Below, piece by piece: positions 35,657 through 45,900 of a DNA stretch of 64,000 bases. Under the pieces are notes generated by a model. That model was not told the origin of the DNA and did no database searches. It worked only from the letters and a program-made list of their open reading frames with translations. The number at the start of each line of letters is the position of its first letter. Within the stretch, counting starts at the first letter, position 1. The stretch comes from Candidatus Omnitrophota bacterium (lineage in GTDB: Bacteria > Omnitrophota > Gorgyraeia > Zapsychrales > Fredricksoniimonadaceae): NCBI GenBank assembly GCA_044225175.1, contig JBGAJA010000005.1, positions 17,869-81,868 on the forward strand, written 5' to 3'. The position numbers and the translations under genes are program-made.

Positions 35657-38020
35657 ATGTCCAATCAGAAGGTTTATTTAATTGATGCGCATGGTCTTTG
35701 TTACCGTGCATTTTACGCTGTTAGAGCTCTTGCGAATTCTAAAGGCAAGCCTACCAATGCTGTGTTTGGCTTTTGCAATATTTTAAGAAAGTTTGTAAAA
35801 GATTTTAAGCCTGAATATATGGCGGCTTGCTTTGATGTGGGAAAGGTCACTCTGCGGCAAGAAAGATTTGCTGATTATAAAATTCAGCGTCAGTCCATGC
35901 CTGAAGATTTAATTTCTCAAATTCCTGTGATCAGAGAAATTCTTAAAGCCTACAAAATCCCTATTTATGAAAAAGAAGGTTATGAGGCAGATGATGTGAT
36001 TGCAACTATTGCTTCTCGGATAAGTGAGCAAAAAGGAGAGGTTGTTATTGTTAGTGACGATAAGGATTTAAGCCAGCTGATGAGCAGCAATGTACATCTT
36101 TATAGTCCCCGTCAGGAAAAAATTTTAACTGATCAAGATATTATCGAAAAGTTTGGGGTTGGTTCTTCTAAGATTGTTGATTGGCTTTCTTTGGCTGGGG
36201 ATACTTCTGACAACATTCCAGGCGTAGATGGGGTAGGGCAAGTTACAGCTAGTAAATTGCTTAACAAATACGACTCTTTGCGAGATATTTACAAGCATGT
36301 TGATGAAATTGCTCCTCCCAAATTACAGGAAAAGTTGAAAAATGGAAAAGTCCAGGCTGAATTAAGTCATGAGTTAGCTACTGTAGATCGTAACGTTCCA
36401 ATTGATTTGGATTTAAAAGATTTAAAGATAGGTGATCCTGATGTTCAAAAGTTATTAGAGATCTTTACTGAGTTAGAGTTTCGTAAATTTGCCGATGAAT
36501 TTACTGTTGGTTCATCTGTTGAGACCGTAAGGGAAACTGTGATTGCGGAGGGTCCTGCAATTGACCTTTTAAAGGTTCAGTACAAAGATCAAGAATTGAA
36601 TGTGGTGTATGATTTAAAATCATTACGTAAGAAAGATGGGACTTTTCTGAGTGGAAAGATTTTTGATATCTTTCTGGCTCAATATCTTTTAGGAGGAAGC
36701 GTTCATCAGTTAGTTGAAAAGGGGGCTTCTTCGGAAAGTGGTTTTATTAAATTATATGAAGAATTAAGGCAGAGCATTCATGATCAAAAGCTAGATTATC
36801 TTCTTTATGATGTTGAGATTCCTTTAGCGAATGTCCTTTTTGAGATGGAGGACCATGGTGTTAAGTTAGATTTAGGAGTCTTAAAGAAGCTGTCTGAGGA
36901 TTGTTCAAAGAAAATGCAATCTCTTCAAGCGTCTCTTTATAAGGAGGCTGGCGGGGAATTTAATCTTAATTCCCCCAAACAGCTAAGCGAGATCCTTTTT
37001 GAGCGTCTAAAATTACCTGTCATTAAGAAAACAAAGACTGGTTTCTCGACGGATGAAGAGGTGTTGACTAAGCTTGCCAGTAAACATCCTATACCGGCTC
37101 TTATTTTAGAGAATCGTCAATTAGCCAAATTAAAATCCACCTATCTAGACGCTCTACCTTTATTGGTTGATAAGGATAATCGAGTACATGCTAGTTTTAA
37201 TCAAACGGGAGCGGAAACAGGGCGGTTGAGTTCGAATAATCCTAATTTGCAAAATATCCCGGTTAGAACAGAATTGGGTAAACAGATCCGCAAAGCATTT
37301 GTTCCTTATGAAAAAGGTCATGTTTTACTCTCTGCCGACTATTCTCAAATTGAATTAAGGCTTTTAGCGCATTATTGCGCAGATGATAATTTGGTTAAGG
37401 CATTTAAAACAGACGGTGATATTCATCGTTATACGGCATCTTTAATGTTTGATGTTAAGGAAGATGAAGTGGATGATACGATGCGTTATGCTGCCAAAAG
37501 GATTAATTTTGGCATCATTTATGGGATGAGTTCATTTGGTTTAGCCAAGGACTTGGATGTTCCGATGACGCAAGCTCAAGATTTTATTGATAGGTATTTC
37601 ATGCGTTACCCAAAAGTTCGTGAATACATGGATAGTTCTATTGAGCATGCCCAAAATCATGGATACGTAGAAACTCTTTTCCATAGGCGTCGATATTTTC
37701 CTGATATTAAAAGTAAAAATGTGGGACTTCGCCAATTCGCACAGCGTCAGGCGATTAACGCCCCCTTGCAGGGAACAGCAGCAGATTTAATTAAGATTGC
37801 TATGGTTCATGTGGCGAAAGCCATTAAAGACCAGAAATTGTCATCTGTCATGATCATGAGCGTTCACGATGAACTTGTCTTTAATGTTCCTGAAAAAGAA
37901 CAGAAAGAAATGGCAGTGTTAGTTAAGACTCATATGGAAAATGTTATGAAATTATCTGTTCCATTAAAGGCTGATTTAAAAGTAGGATTAAATTGGCTGG
38001 AAATGTCAGCCGTAGGCTGA
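35657..38020 (+). CDS. polA: DNA polymerase I
   Basis: 5'-3' exonuclease (LIDAH, EADDVIAT, GDTSDNIPGV) and polymerase A (TGRLSS, DYSQIELR, AKRINFGIIYG, VHDE) motifs. Confidence 0.97.
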   Translation: MSNQKVYLIDAHGLCYRAFYAVRALANSKGKPTNAVFGFCNILRKFVKDFKPEYMAACFDVGKVTLRQERFADYKIQRQSMPEDLISQIPVIREILKAYKIPIYEKEGYEADDVIATIASRISEQKGEVVIVSDDKDLSQLMSSNVHLYSPRQEKILTDQDIIEKFGVGSSKIVDWLSLAGDTSDNIPGVDGVGQVTASKLLNKYDSLRDIYKHVDEIAPPKLQEKLKNGKVQAELSHELATVDRNVPIDLDLKDLKIGDPDVQKLLEIFTELEFRKFADEFTVGSSVETVRETVIAEGPAIDLLKVQYKDQELNVVYDLKSLRKKDGTFLSGKIFDIFLAQYLLGGSVHQLVEKGASSESGFIKLYEELRQSIHDQKLDYLLYDVEIPLANVLFEMEDHGVKLDLGVLKKLSEDCSKKMQSLQASLYKEAGGEFNLNSPKQLSEILFERLKLPVIKKTKTGFSTDEEVLTKLASKHPIPALILENRQLAKLKSTYLDALPLLVDKDNRVHASFNQTGAETGRLSSNNPNLQNIPVRTELGKQIRKAFVPYEKGHVLLSADYSQIELRLLAHYCADDNLVKAFKTDGDIHRYTASLMFDVKEDEVDDTMRYAAKRINFGIIYGMSSFGLAKDLDVPMTQAQDFIDRYFMRYPKVREYMDSSIEHAQNHGYVETLFHRRRYFPDIKSKNVGLRQFAQRQAINAPLQGTAADLIKIAMVHVAKAIKDQKLSSVMIMSVHDELVFNVPEKEQKEMAVLVKTHMENVMKLSVPLKADLKVGLNWLEMSAVG

Positions 38021-38035
38021 ACCGCCTCTGGCGGA
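38006..38035. repeat. 30-bp double-hairpin repeat, copy 2 (contains the polA stop)
   Basis: TCAGCCgtaGGCTGA ACCGCCtctGGCGGA. Confidence 0.78.
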
Positions 38036-38058
38036 TACCTCATAAATAGGAATATTTG

Positions 38059-39444
38059 ATGAAAATCGTATTTTGCGCCTCAGAAGTTGTTCCTTTTGCC
38101 AAAACAGGTGGTTTGGCTGATGTGTGTGGATCATTGCCGCCAGCACTTGAGACATTAGGACATGAGATTGTTATTATCACCCCCCGTTATGGTACTGCAG
38201 GCGGTAATGTGGCTTCTCCCGTCGTGAGGATTGGTAAGAATATTGAGGTGCATTTTATTGAACATCGGAATTATTTTGGTCGTGAGGGTTTGTATGGGGA
38301 TGTCAATGGGGATTATCGGGATAATTTAGAACGTTTTTCTTATTTTTGTCATCAAAGTCTTAAGCTTTTAAAAGATATTTCATTTAAGCCTGACATTATT
38401 CATTGCCACGACTGGCATACAGCGCTTATTCCCGTCATCCTTAAGACCAAGTATGATAAAGACCCTTTTTATAAGAAAACTAAGAGTGTATTAACAATTC
38501 ACAATCTTGCTTATCAAGGAGTGTTTTCTAAGGACCAATATTCTATTCTTGGGGTAGATGGTAATTTATTTAATACTCAAGGCTTTGAATTTTATAATCA
38601 GATCAATATTCTTAAAGGTGGTATAAATTTTACAGATGCTATTACAACGGTGTCTCCGCGTTATGCCAAGGAAATGCAAACATCTCAATTTGGTTGTGCC
38701 CTAGATGGTGTTTTGCGCAATCACGCATCAAATATTTATGGGATTCTTAATGGGTTAGATTATGGTACATGGAACCCCCGAGAAGATTCTTTTATATTTC
38801 CTTTTAATTCGACAGATTTATCAAATAAATATAATAATAAAGCTGCTTTGCAGGAAATGCTGTCACTTGAGGTCAATCCAACTCGTCCCTTATTCGGCTT
38901 TGTAGCTCGATTGTGTCATCAAAAAGGGGTGGATTTGATTATTCAAGCTATGCCAGACATTATGAAAATGGGAGTTCAGGTTGCTTTCACAGGAACTGGG
39001 GACAGAAAATATCATCGGATGTTAGAAGAATGTGTACGTGATTATCCTAAACAGGTTGGAATTTATTTAAAATTTGAAGAGCGATTAGCTCATCAAGTCT
39101 ATGCGGGGTCGGACTTCTTTTTAATGCCTTCGGTATATGAGCCGTGTGGTTTGGGACAAATGATTGCGTTGCGTTATGGAAGTATTCCAATCGTATATAA
39201 AACGGGGGGATTAGCTGACACTATTAGTCTTTATGATGCTCTTCATCGTACTGGCAATGGATTTCCTTTTACAGAGTATACCAAACAAGATTTTGTTAAA
39301 GCCGTTGGGGAAGCTAAAAGAATATTTTCTGATCCTAAACAAATGGATTTCTTAGTGCCTCATGCCATGAAACAGAGATTTACATGGGAGAAATCAGCCA
39401 AGGAATATGAAAGGGTGTATCAAAAATGCTTATTGTTGGCCTAA
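38059..39444 (+). CDS. glgA: Glycogen synthase
   Basis: SEVVPFAKTGGLADV, HCHDWHT, TIHNLAYQG, EPCGLGQ and TGGLADT motifs. Confidence 0.96.
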   Translation: MKIVFCASEVVPFAKTGGLADVCGSLPPALETLGHEIVIITPRYGTAGGNVASPVVRIGKNIEVHFIEHRNYFGREGLYGDVNGDYRDNLERFSYFCHQSLKLLKDISFKPDIIHCHDWHTALIPVILKTKYDKDPFYKKTKSVLTIHNLAYQGVFSKDQYSILGVDGNLFNTQGFEFYNQINILKGGINFTDAITTVSPRYAKEMQTSQFGCALDGVLRNHASNIYGILNGLDYGTWNPREDSFIFPFNSTDLSNKYNNKAALQEMLSLEVNPTRPLFGFVARLCHQKGVDLIIQAMPDIMKMGVQVAFTGTGDRKYHRMLEECVRDYPKQVGIYLKFEERLAHQVYAGSDFFLMPSVYEPCGLGQMIALRYGSIPIVYKTGGLADTISLYDALHRTGNGFPFTEYTKQDFVKAVGEAKRIFSDPKQMDFLVPHAMKQRFTWEKSAKEYERVYQKCLLLA

Positions 39445-40019
39445 CTGGGAGTTTTGGAACGGGAAAAACCACCGTAGCCAACCTTTTTAAAGAGTATGGA
39501 GCTGTTGTTATTGATGCGGATCAAATTACCCGTGATCTTTTGGGTCCAAAAGGAAAATGTATAAAAAAAGTGGCAAAAGTTTTTGGTCATGTTATACTCT
39601 CACACAATAAGGTTGATCGAATTGCTCTGGCAAGAATAGTTTTCAATGATCCGCGTGAATTAAAGAAACTCACCGATATCCTATATCCACTTGGTTTAAA
39701 AGAAGTAAAGAAGCAAATTACAAAAAATAAAAATAAGAAGCTTATAGTTCTAGATGTCCCATTGTTGTTTGAGTCTGGATGGGACAAAATAACACACACA
39801 AATGTTGTTGTACGATCAAATCAGAATTTACAAATCAAACGTCTTATTAAACGCACAGGGCTTTCCAAATCCGATATCCTCAGGCGAATCAAATCTCAAA
39901 TGTCAATCACAGAAAAACTTAAAAAAGCAGACATTATCATCGATAATAGAGGTTCTTTAGCAAATACACGTCTGCAGGTTAGGGCGGTTGTAGATAGATT
40001 GAATCAAAGAAAGAAATAA
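39426..40019 (+). CDS. coaE: Dephospho-CoA kinase
   Basis: VGLTGSFGTGKT, IDAD, DVPLLFE and RIKSQM motifs. Confidence 0.95.
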   Translation: MLIVGLTGSFGTGKTTVANLFKEYGAVVIDADQITRDLLGPKGKCIKKVAKVFGHVILSHNKVDRIALARIVFNDPRELKKLTDILYPLGLKEVKKQITKNKNKKLIVLDVPLLFESGWDKITHTNVVVRSNQNLQIKRLIKRTGLSKSDILRRIKSQMSITEKLKKADIIIDNRGSLANTRLQVRAVVDRLNQRKK

Positions 40020-40036
40020 AACAATAGGAGAAACAC

Positions 40037-41371
40037 ATGAGCAGGTCAGAGGCAAAACAAGAAAAAGAAGAAAAAGAAAACGGTAATGGTGATTATAAAC
40101 CCGCTAATCCTGGCGGTAAGACAGTCAACATTGAAGAGCTTAAAGAAATGAAAATGGCTGAATTGACAAAATTAGCCAAAGATCTGGACGTCCAAGGGGC
40201 CAGCAGCTTAAAGAAACAGGACTTGATTTTTAAGATCCTCCAAGCCCAAGCAGAAAAAGAAGGTTTGATGTTTGGACAAGGAACTCTTGAAATCCTTTCC
40301 GAAGGATTCGGGTTCTTACGCTCTGCTAATTACAATTATCTCCCATGTCCTGATGATATTTATATATCTCCATCTCAAATTCGTCGTTTTGATTTAAAGA
40401 CAGGTGATACTGTTTCTGGCCAAATTCGTCCACCCAAGGAAGGGGAAAAGTATTTTGCCCTTTTAAAAGTGGAGGCAGTCAATTTTGAAAATCCTGAAAA
40501 GTGTAAAGATAAGATTTTCTTTGATAATTTAACTCCGCTTTATCCTAAAGAACGTTTAAATCTGGAAACAACTCAAAACGAAGTTTCCACACGTATTATT
40601 AATTTATTAACTCCAATCGGAAAAGGCCAGCGCGCCTTGATTGTTGCTCCTCCATATAGTGGTAAGACGGTTATCTTACAAAAGGTGGCTAATGCCATCG
40701 TTCAGAACCATCCAGAAGTGATTCTTATTGTTCTTCTGATTGATGAACGTCCTGAAGAAGTTACTGATATGCAGCGAAGTGTTAAGGGAGAAGTTATCGC
40801 CTCAACGTTCGATGAACCTGCAGAACGTCACGTTCAAATTGCAGAAATCGTCATTGAAAAAGCCAAGCGTTTGGTTGAACACAAACGTGATGTGGTCATC
40901 CTGCTTGACTCGATTACTCGTTTGGCCCGTGCTTATAACACTGTTGTTCCTCATTCCGGAAAGATTCTATCTGGTGGTGTGGACTCAAACGCCCTACATA
41001 AGCCAAAACGATTCTTTGGTGCTGCCCGTAATATTGAAGAAGGCGGGTCACTAACAATTATTGCTACATCCTTAGTTGATACGGGAAGCCGTATGGACGA
41101 AGTTATCTTCGAAGAATTTAAAGGTACTGGTAACATGGAATTGCAATTGGATCGCAACTTATTCCAACGTCGTATTTACCCTGCAATCGACCTTAAACGT
41201 TCCAACACTCGTCATGAAGAGCTGTTGGTTGAAGAAGGTGATTTGCAGCGCGCTTGGCTTTTACGTAAGGCCTTCAATGACCTTAATGCAGCCGAAGCTA
41301 TGGAACTTTTGATCAATAAGATCTCTAAGTACAAGACTAATACAGAGTTTTTGCAGAATATGAATAAGTAG
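40037..41371 (+). CDS. rho: Transcription termination factor Rho
   Basis: [38 protein letters not shown] and [10 protein letters not shown] motifs. Confidence 0.98.
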   Translation: MSRSEAKQEKEEKENGNGDYKPANPGGKTVNIEELKEMKMAELTKLAKDLDVQGASSLKKQDLIFKILQAQAEKEGLMFGQGTLEILSEGFGFLRSANYNYLPCPDDIYISPSQIRRFDLKTGDTVSGQIRPPKEGEKYFALLKVEAVNFENPEKCKDKIFFDNLTPLYPKERLNLETTQNEVSTRIINLLTPIGKGQRALIVAPPYSGKTVILQKVANAIVQNHPEVILIVLLIDERPEEVTDMQRSVKGEVIASTFDEPAERHVQIAEIVIEKAKRLVEHKRDVVILLDSITRLARAYNTVVPHSGKILSGGVDSNALHKPKRFFGAARNIEEGGSLTIIATSLVDTGSRMDEVIFEEFKGTGNMELQLDRNLFQRRIYPAIDLKRSNTRHEELLVEEGDLQRAWLLRKAFNDLNAAEAMELLINKISKYKTNTEFLQNMNK

Positions 41372-41551
41372 GCAAAAGATCCTTTGTTTTTTTGGAAACA
41401 TTAAGAGGAAACAAAGTATACTTGCAAAGTATGACCAAATAGGGTAGTATATCGCCCTTTGAAAACACAGGTTGATTCGCCACAGGCGGATCAAATTCTA
41501 TCCCGTCAAAGCGGGCCGCCTCAAGCGGAAAAATACCATGGAGGTAGGACA

Positions 41552-41755
41552 ATGAAAGCTGAAATTCACCCAAATTATGAAGAAACCACAATTAGCTGTG
41601 CTTGTGGAAACATTATTCATACGCGTACAACCAAGAAGAACATCCGCGTTGAAATCTGTTCCCAATGTCATCCTTTCTTCACAGGATCCAAGAAATTAGT
41701 GGATACTGCAGGCCGTATCGAGCGATTCAACAAACGTTATGCTAAAGGAAAATGA
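41552..41755 (+). CDS. rpmE: 50S ribosomal protein L31 (Zn-binding type)
   Basis: [34 protein letters not shown]; GGAGG RBS. Confidence 0.96.
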   Translation: MKAEIHPNYEETTISCACGNIIHTRTTKKNIRVEICSQCHPFFTGSKKLVDTAGRIERFNKRYAKGK

Positions 41756-42830
41756 TCAGGCCAAGCTAGCTAAGGCCGAAGAGCGCTTTCATGAGTTAGA
41801 AAAGCTTCTAGCTGATGAAAGCGTCATCTCTGACCAAAGTCAATACGGAAAACTCGCTAAAGAGTTTTCCGAGTTGACTTCTCTTATGGAAAAGTACCAC
41901 GCTTTTCTGAAAACAACATCCCAAATTAAAGAATTACAAGACATTCTCAAAGATAAAAGCCAGTCGGATATGAAAGAACTGGCTGAATTAGAAATTCAAG
42001 ATTTAAAGCCAAAAGTTGAGGCTTTAGCTTCAGAATTAACTGATTATTTTGACCCTTCCAAGAATGAACCCGATAAAGATATTATTATTGAAATCCGTGC
42101 CGGCACAGGCGGCTTGGAAGCGTCTTTATTTGCTGGGGATCTGTATCGCATGTACAGTAAATATGCAGATCTTAAAGGATGGACTTTGGAAGTCATGTCT
42201 TACGTTACAACGGAAGCAGGGGGAGTCAAGGAAGTTTCCTTTTCATTAAGTGGGAAAGAATGTTCTAAGCGATTAAAATGGGAAAGTGGTATACATCGGG
42301 TGCAAAGAGTTCCTACCACAGAAGCTTCCGGCCGTATTCATACGTCAGCAGTCACGGTTGCGGTTATGATGGAGCCTGAGGAAATTGAATTAGAAATTCT
42401 CCAGAAAGATTTAAAAATTGATGTGTATCGTTCTTCTGGTCCAGGTGGACAAAGCGTTAATACTACGGACTCTGCTGTGAGAATTACTCATGGACCGACA
42501 GGGACAGTAGTTGTGTGTCAAGATGAACGGTCTCAATTAAAGAATAGAGCCAAAGCCATGCGCATTTTGAGGGCTAGAATTCTTGATAAAATGCAGCAGG
42601 ATGCTTTTGCAAAAGAAGCAGCGCTTCGTAAAGCTCAGGTTGGTTCAGGTGATCGCAGTGAAAAGATTCGTACTTACAATTTTCCTGATAGACGTGTGAC
42701 AGACCACCGCATTGGGTTTACCAGCCATCAACTCGAATCGATTCTTAATGGGAATATGGATGAGTTGACGGATGCTTTGATGGTGGCGGAACGCGAAGCT
42801 AAAGAACAGGCTGGTTTGAGCAGTCAATAG
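41739..42830 (+). CDS. prfA: Peptide chain release factor 1
   Basis: [18 protein letters not shown] (PxT), GPGGQ and [12 protein letters not shown] motifs. Confidence 0.97.
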   Translation: MLKENDQAKLAKAEERFHELEKLLADESVISDQSQYGKLAKEFSELTSLMEKYHAFLKTTSQIKELQDILKDKSQSDMKELAELEIQDLKPKVEALASELTDYFDPSKNEPDKDIIIEIRAGTGGLEASLFAGDLYRMYSKYADLKGWTLEVMSYVTTEAGGVKEVSFSLSGKECSKRLKWESGIHRVQRVPTTEASGRIHTSAVTVAVMMEPEEIELEILQKDLKIDVYRSSGPGGQSVNTTDSAVRITHGPTGTVVVCQDERSQLKNRAKAMRILRARILDKMQQDAFAKEAALRKAQVGSGDRSEKIRTYNFPDRRVTDHRIGFTSHQLESILNGNMDELTDALMVAEREAKEQAGLSSQ

Positions 42831-42900
42831 AAGATTATCACTAATCTTTATATATAAAATTTCCATAAAGTATTAATTAGCAATAGTTTAACAATAAACA

Positions 42901-42962
42901 GGTAAGCGTTTTCTCAAAAGCTCTTAGGAGCGATTGACAAGGCTTGCCCTGTGTTGCACACT
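42901..42962 (+). promoter_or_regulatory. Putative operator plus promoter of giant gene 3
   Basis: GGTAAGCGTTTTCTCAAA, then TTGACA (42934)-17 nt-CACACT. Confidence 0.45.
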
Positions 42963-42991
42963 TGTAGTAATTAATAAGTGTGGAGAGTAAT

Positions 42992-45900
42992 ATGAAAACC
43001 CCAAAAGCCATTTCTATTATTGTTTTAACAGCCTTCTTGACAACATCTCTCAATATTTCCGGGTATGCTAAAGACGTTTCGTTATTACCCGCTCCAGGTG
43101 TTATGGTTCACTTAAGCCCTGAATTTACTCCTGCCCATTTAAAAGGAATTGTTATTCACCCTGATAATGCTCTTAAATTCGATTTCATCATCAATAAAGG
43201 CGACAAGCCTTTAGATGAAGTGACAAAAAAGGCAGAATATACCAAACTTATTAAATATTTTTTAGCTTCCTTAGCCGTGCCTGATGACAATCAATGGGTC
43301 AATCTTTCGCCTTATGAAAAGAACCGTATTATTAAGGAAGACTTTGGAAAAACTGAAATGGGGCGAGATTTACTAGCGCAAGATTACCTACTTAAACAAA
43401 TTACAGCTTCTTTAATATACCCTCAAGACAAGTTAGGCCAGAAATTCTGGGATGAAGTTTATGCAAAAGCCCAGCAGCAATTTGGCACAACCAATATTCC
43501 AGTTAATACGTTCAATAAAGTTTGGATTGTCCCAGATGATGCTGTGATTTATGAAAAAGGTAATACAGCATATGTCATTAAGCATCATTTGAAGGTCATG
43601 CTAGAAGAGGACTATTTGTCTTTAGGAAAGCATGGTGGTATTCAGGAAAAATCGATCCGTGATTCCAATAAAGCCCATGCGATCGGTTCACAGGTCGTTC
43701 GTGAAGTTGTTTTACCTCAGCTTGAAAAGGAAGTTAATGAGGGGCAAAATTTTGCTCCTTTAAGACAGGTCTATAGCGGTATGCTCCTAGCTGCGTGGTA
43801 TAAAAGAGCTTTAAAGGAATCATTGCTTTCAAAGATCTATGCGGATAAATCCAAAATTAAGGGAATCAATCAGGACCCTAAGAACAATGAGGCTATTTAT
43901 CAGCAGTATCTCAAGGCTTTCAAAAAAGGTGTATTTAACTTTATTAAGGAAGATGTGGATAAGTATTCGAAGCAAACTATTCCAAGAAAGTACTTCTCTG
44001 GTGGAACAATTGGGGATGGTGCCATGTTTGCCAAGGTAGTGCGTATTATAAAGACCCTTGATCCGGCTCAAGCAGCCAGTTTAGCTAAATCTCTTGCAAG
44101 CGATGACTTAGCTCAAGTAATGGCTCATGAGACCCAAGATTCAGCTATGAGTGGAACAGAAGTCAATTTCTCTTGGAATAATGGAAAGAATTCATTCCAA
44201 GTAAAAAGAGGTACCATGTTAGGTGGTTATAAACTACATAATATCCTTATGAATGGTAAGCCAACTACAGTTAAGCTTGGCAATTTACAGGGAAGTATCC
44301 TTAGAATAGAAGGGGCTGAAACGTTGATTATTGGAAAAGATAAAACATCCAATCAATATGTATTTATTACGGGTGATCGTGATCCAAGTATGCCAAGGAA
44401 CACAGTGTTTTATTTTGAAGAAGGTAAGGGCTCTGCTCCGAATCTTTTAGTAAATAAGTCTGTTAGGAATGGAAATTTTGAGACGATTGCAATATTAATG
44501 CCTGCTCAAGGAGTAGTTGGTAAACAAGCATTGGATGTACAGAATTTTTCTGATCCTTCTTTGCTACTCAGTGATGAGACTGGTTCTCAAAAGTTACCAG
44601 TTGGAAAACAAATAAAAGTCTTAGATTATGCTCAATTAACCAGTAAAACTGCTGGCCAAGCCCTGTCAACATTGGATTTGCCTCCCGCTATACCTATGCC
44701 TGGTGCCACAGAAAGAACTATAAGGCAAAGAATTATAACGGATATTCATGTTGCTCACGTGTTAGATAGAATCAGGGAAAAAACAAACAGAGAGCCTGAT
44801 CCTGGTGTTTTAGATGGCTTTATAGATGTTGTACGGGAAGAGTCCAATGATATAAGGGCTATTGAATTAGCCATAGAAGCTATTTTAGGGGCGCATATAG
44901 AAGATGAATATTTGATGGATTCTTTTTTAACAGAGTTAAAGAAGATAGATTCCACTGAGAGTGCTAATAATTACATTTATTTGTTATCTGGAATGCTGAA
45001 AGACATGTCTGGTTTAGAATTAAGTATGAATGAAAAAGTTCGTAATGTGATCTTGAATCTATTCTACATTCAAGGTTTAAATAGTGCTCCAGAATTTAGA
45101 AGTCAATTTGAAAAGTGGTTAAAGAGATTTATAGAAATAGGTCGAAAGGGTAGAAGTGATGTAGAAATCGATCCTATGTGGCAGGATATCAAAGCAGAAG
45201 ATAAGGAAGTCTTTCAATCTTTGCCATACTCTATAGGATTAAGTCTCTACAAGGTTCGAATTGCTATGCAGTCAAATCTTCATATCAATGAAGCTTATAG
45301 AGATTACGAATCAACCATCAATATGGTTAATCAAGCAATTGCTCCACAGGGTGCTTCACAGAAGGTTCTTCCATCGAGCTTGGTTGTAGGAACAGAAGCG
45401 CTAATTCTCAATAGTTTTCTAACTTTAATCCCATTTGTTCTCGATTCATTAAATTTATTAATAGATGATTTTAAGAGTACAAGTGTGGATGACAAATTGA
45501 CACGTGTTAAAGATCTATTAATTAAAGTTGAATTTTTGCACGGAAAAATGATACAGGAGATTTCTAGTGAAAGTATTAATGGCGGTATGGGACTTTCTCA
45601 AAGGGGGAGGGATTTAAAAGAGCTGTTAGGAAATGTAGACGATCTGAAAGTGTTTCTTGATGAGGAAATTGCGAAAGTCGAGCTAATGTTGGGCGAAAGA
45701 GGTAATATGCATCAAATAGATCGTAATAAATATAGCGCTCAACGATTGAATCGAACATTAAGAATGGTTTTTTATTCTTTTAAGAAAAGATGGAGAGGTT
45801 TATCGTCTAAGTTAGATAGCCAAGGAATAGAAATTGAAGATATAGATAATGTATTTCGTCTTAGTTTAAAGAGACAAGAAATTGTTAATGAATTGATCCA

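Noticed and set aside
41459-41551. N-terminal extension of RpmE from TTG 41459
   Set aside because: The canonical L31 start MKAEIHP at 41552 has a GGAGG RBS; the upstream part includes a half palindromic repeat.
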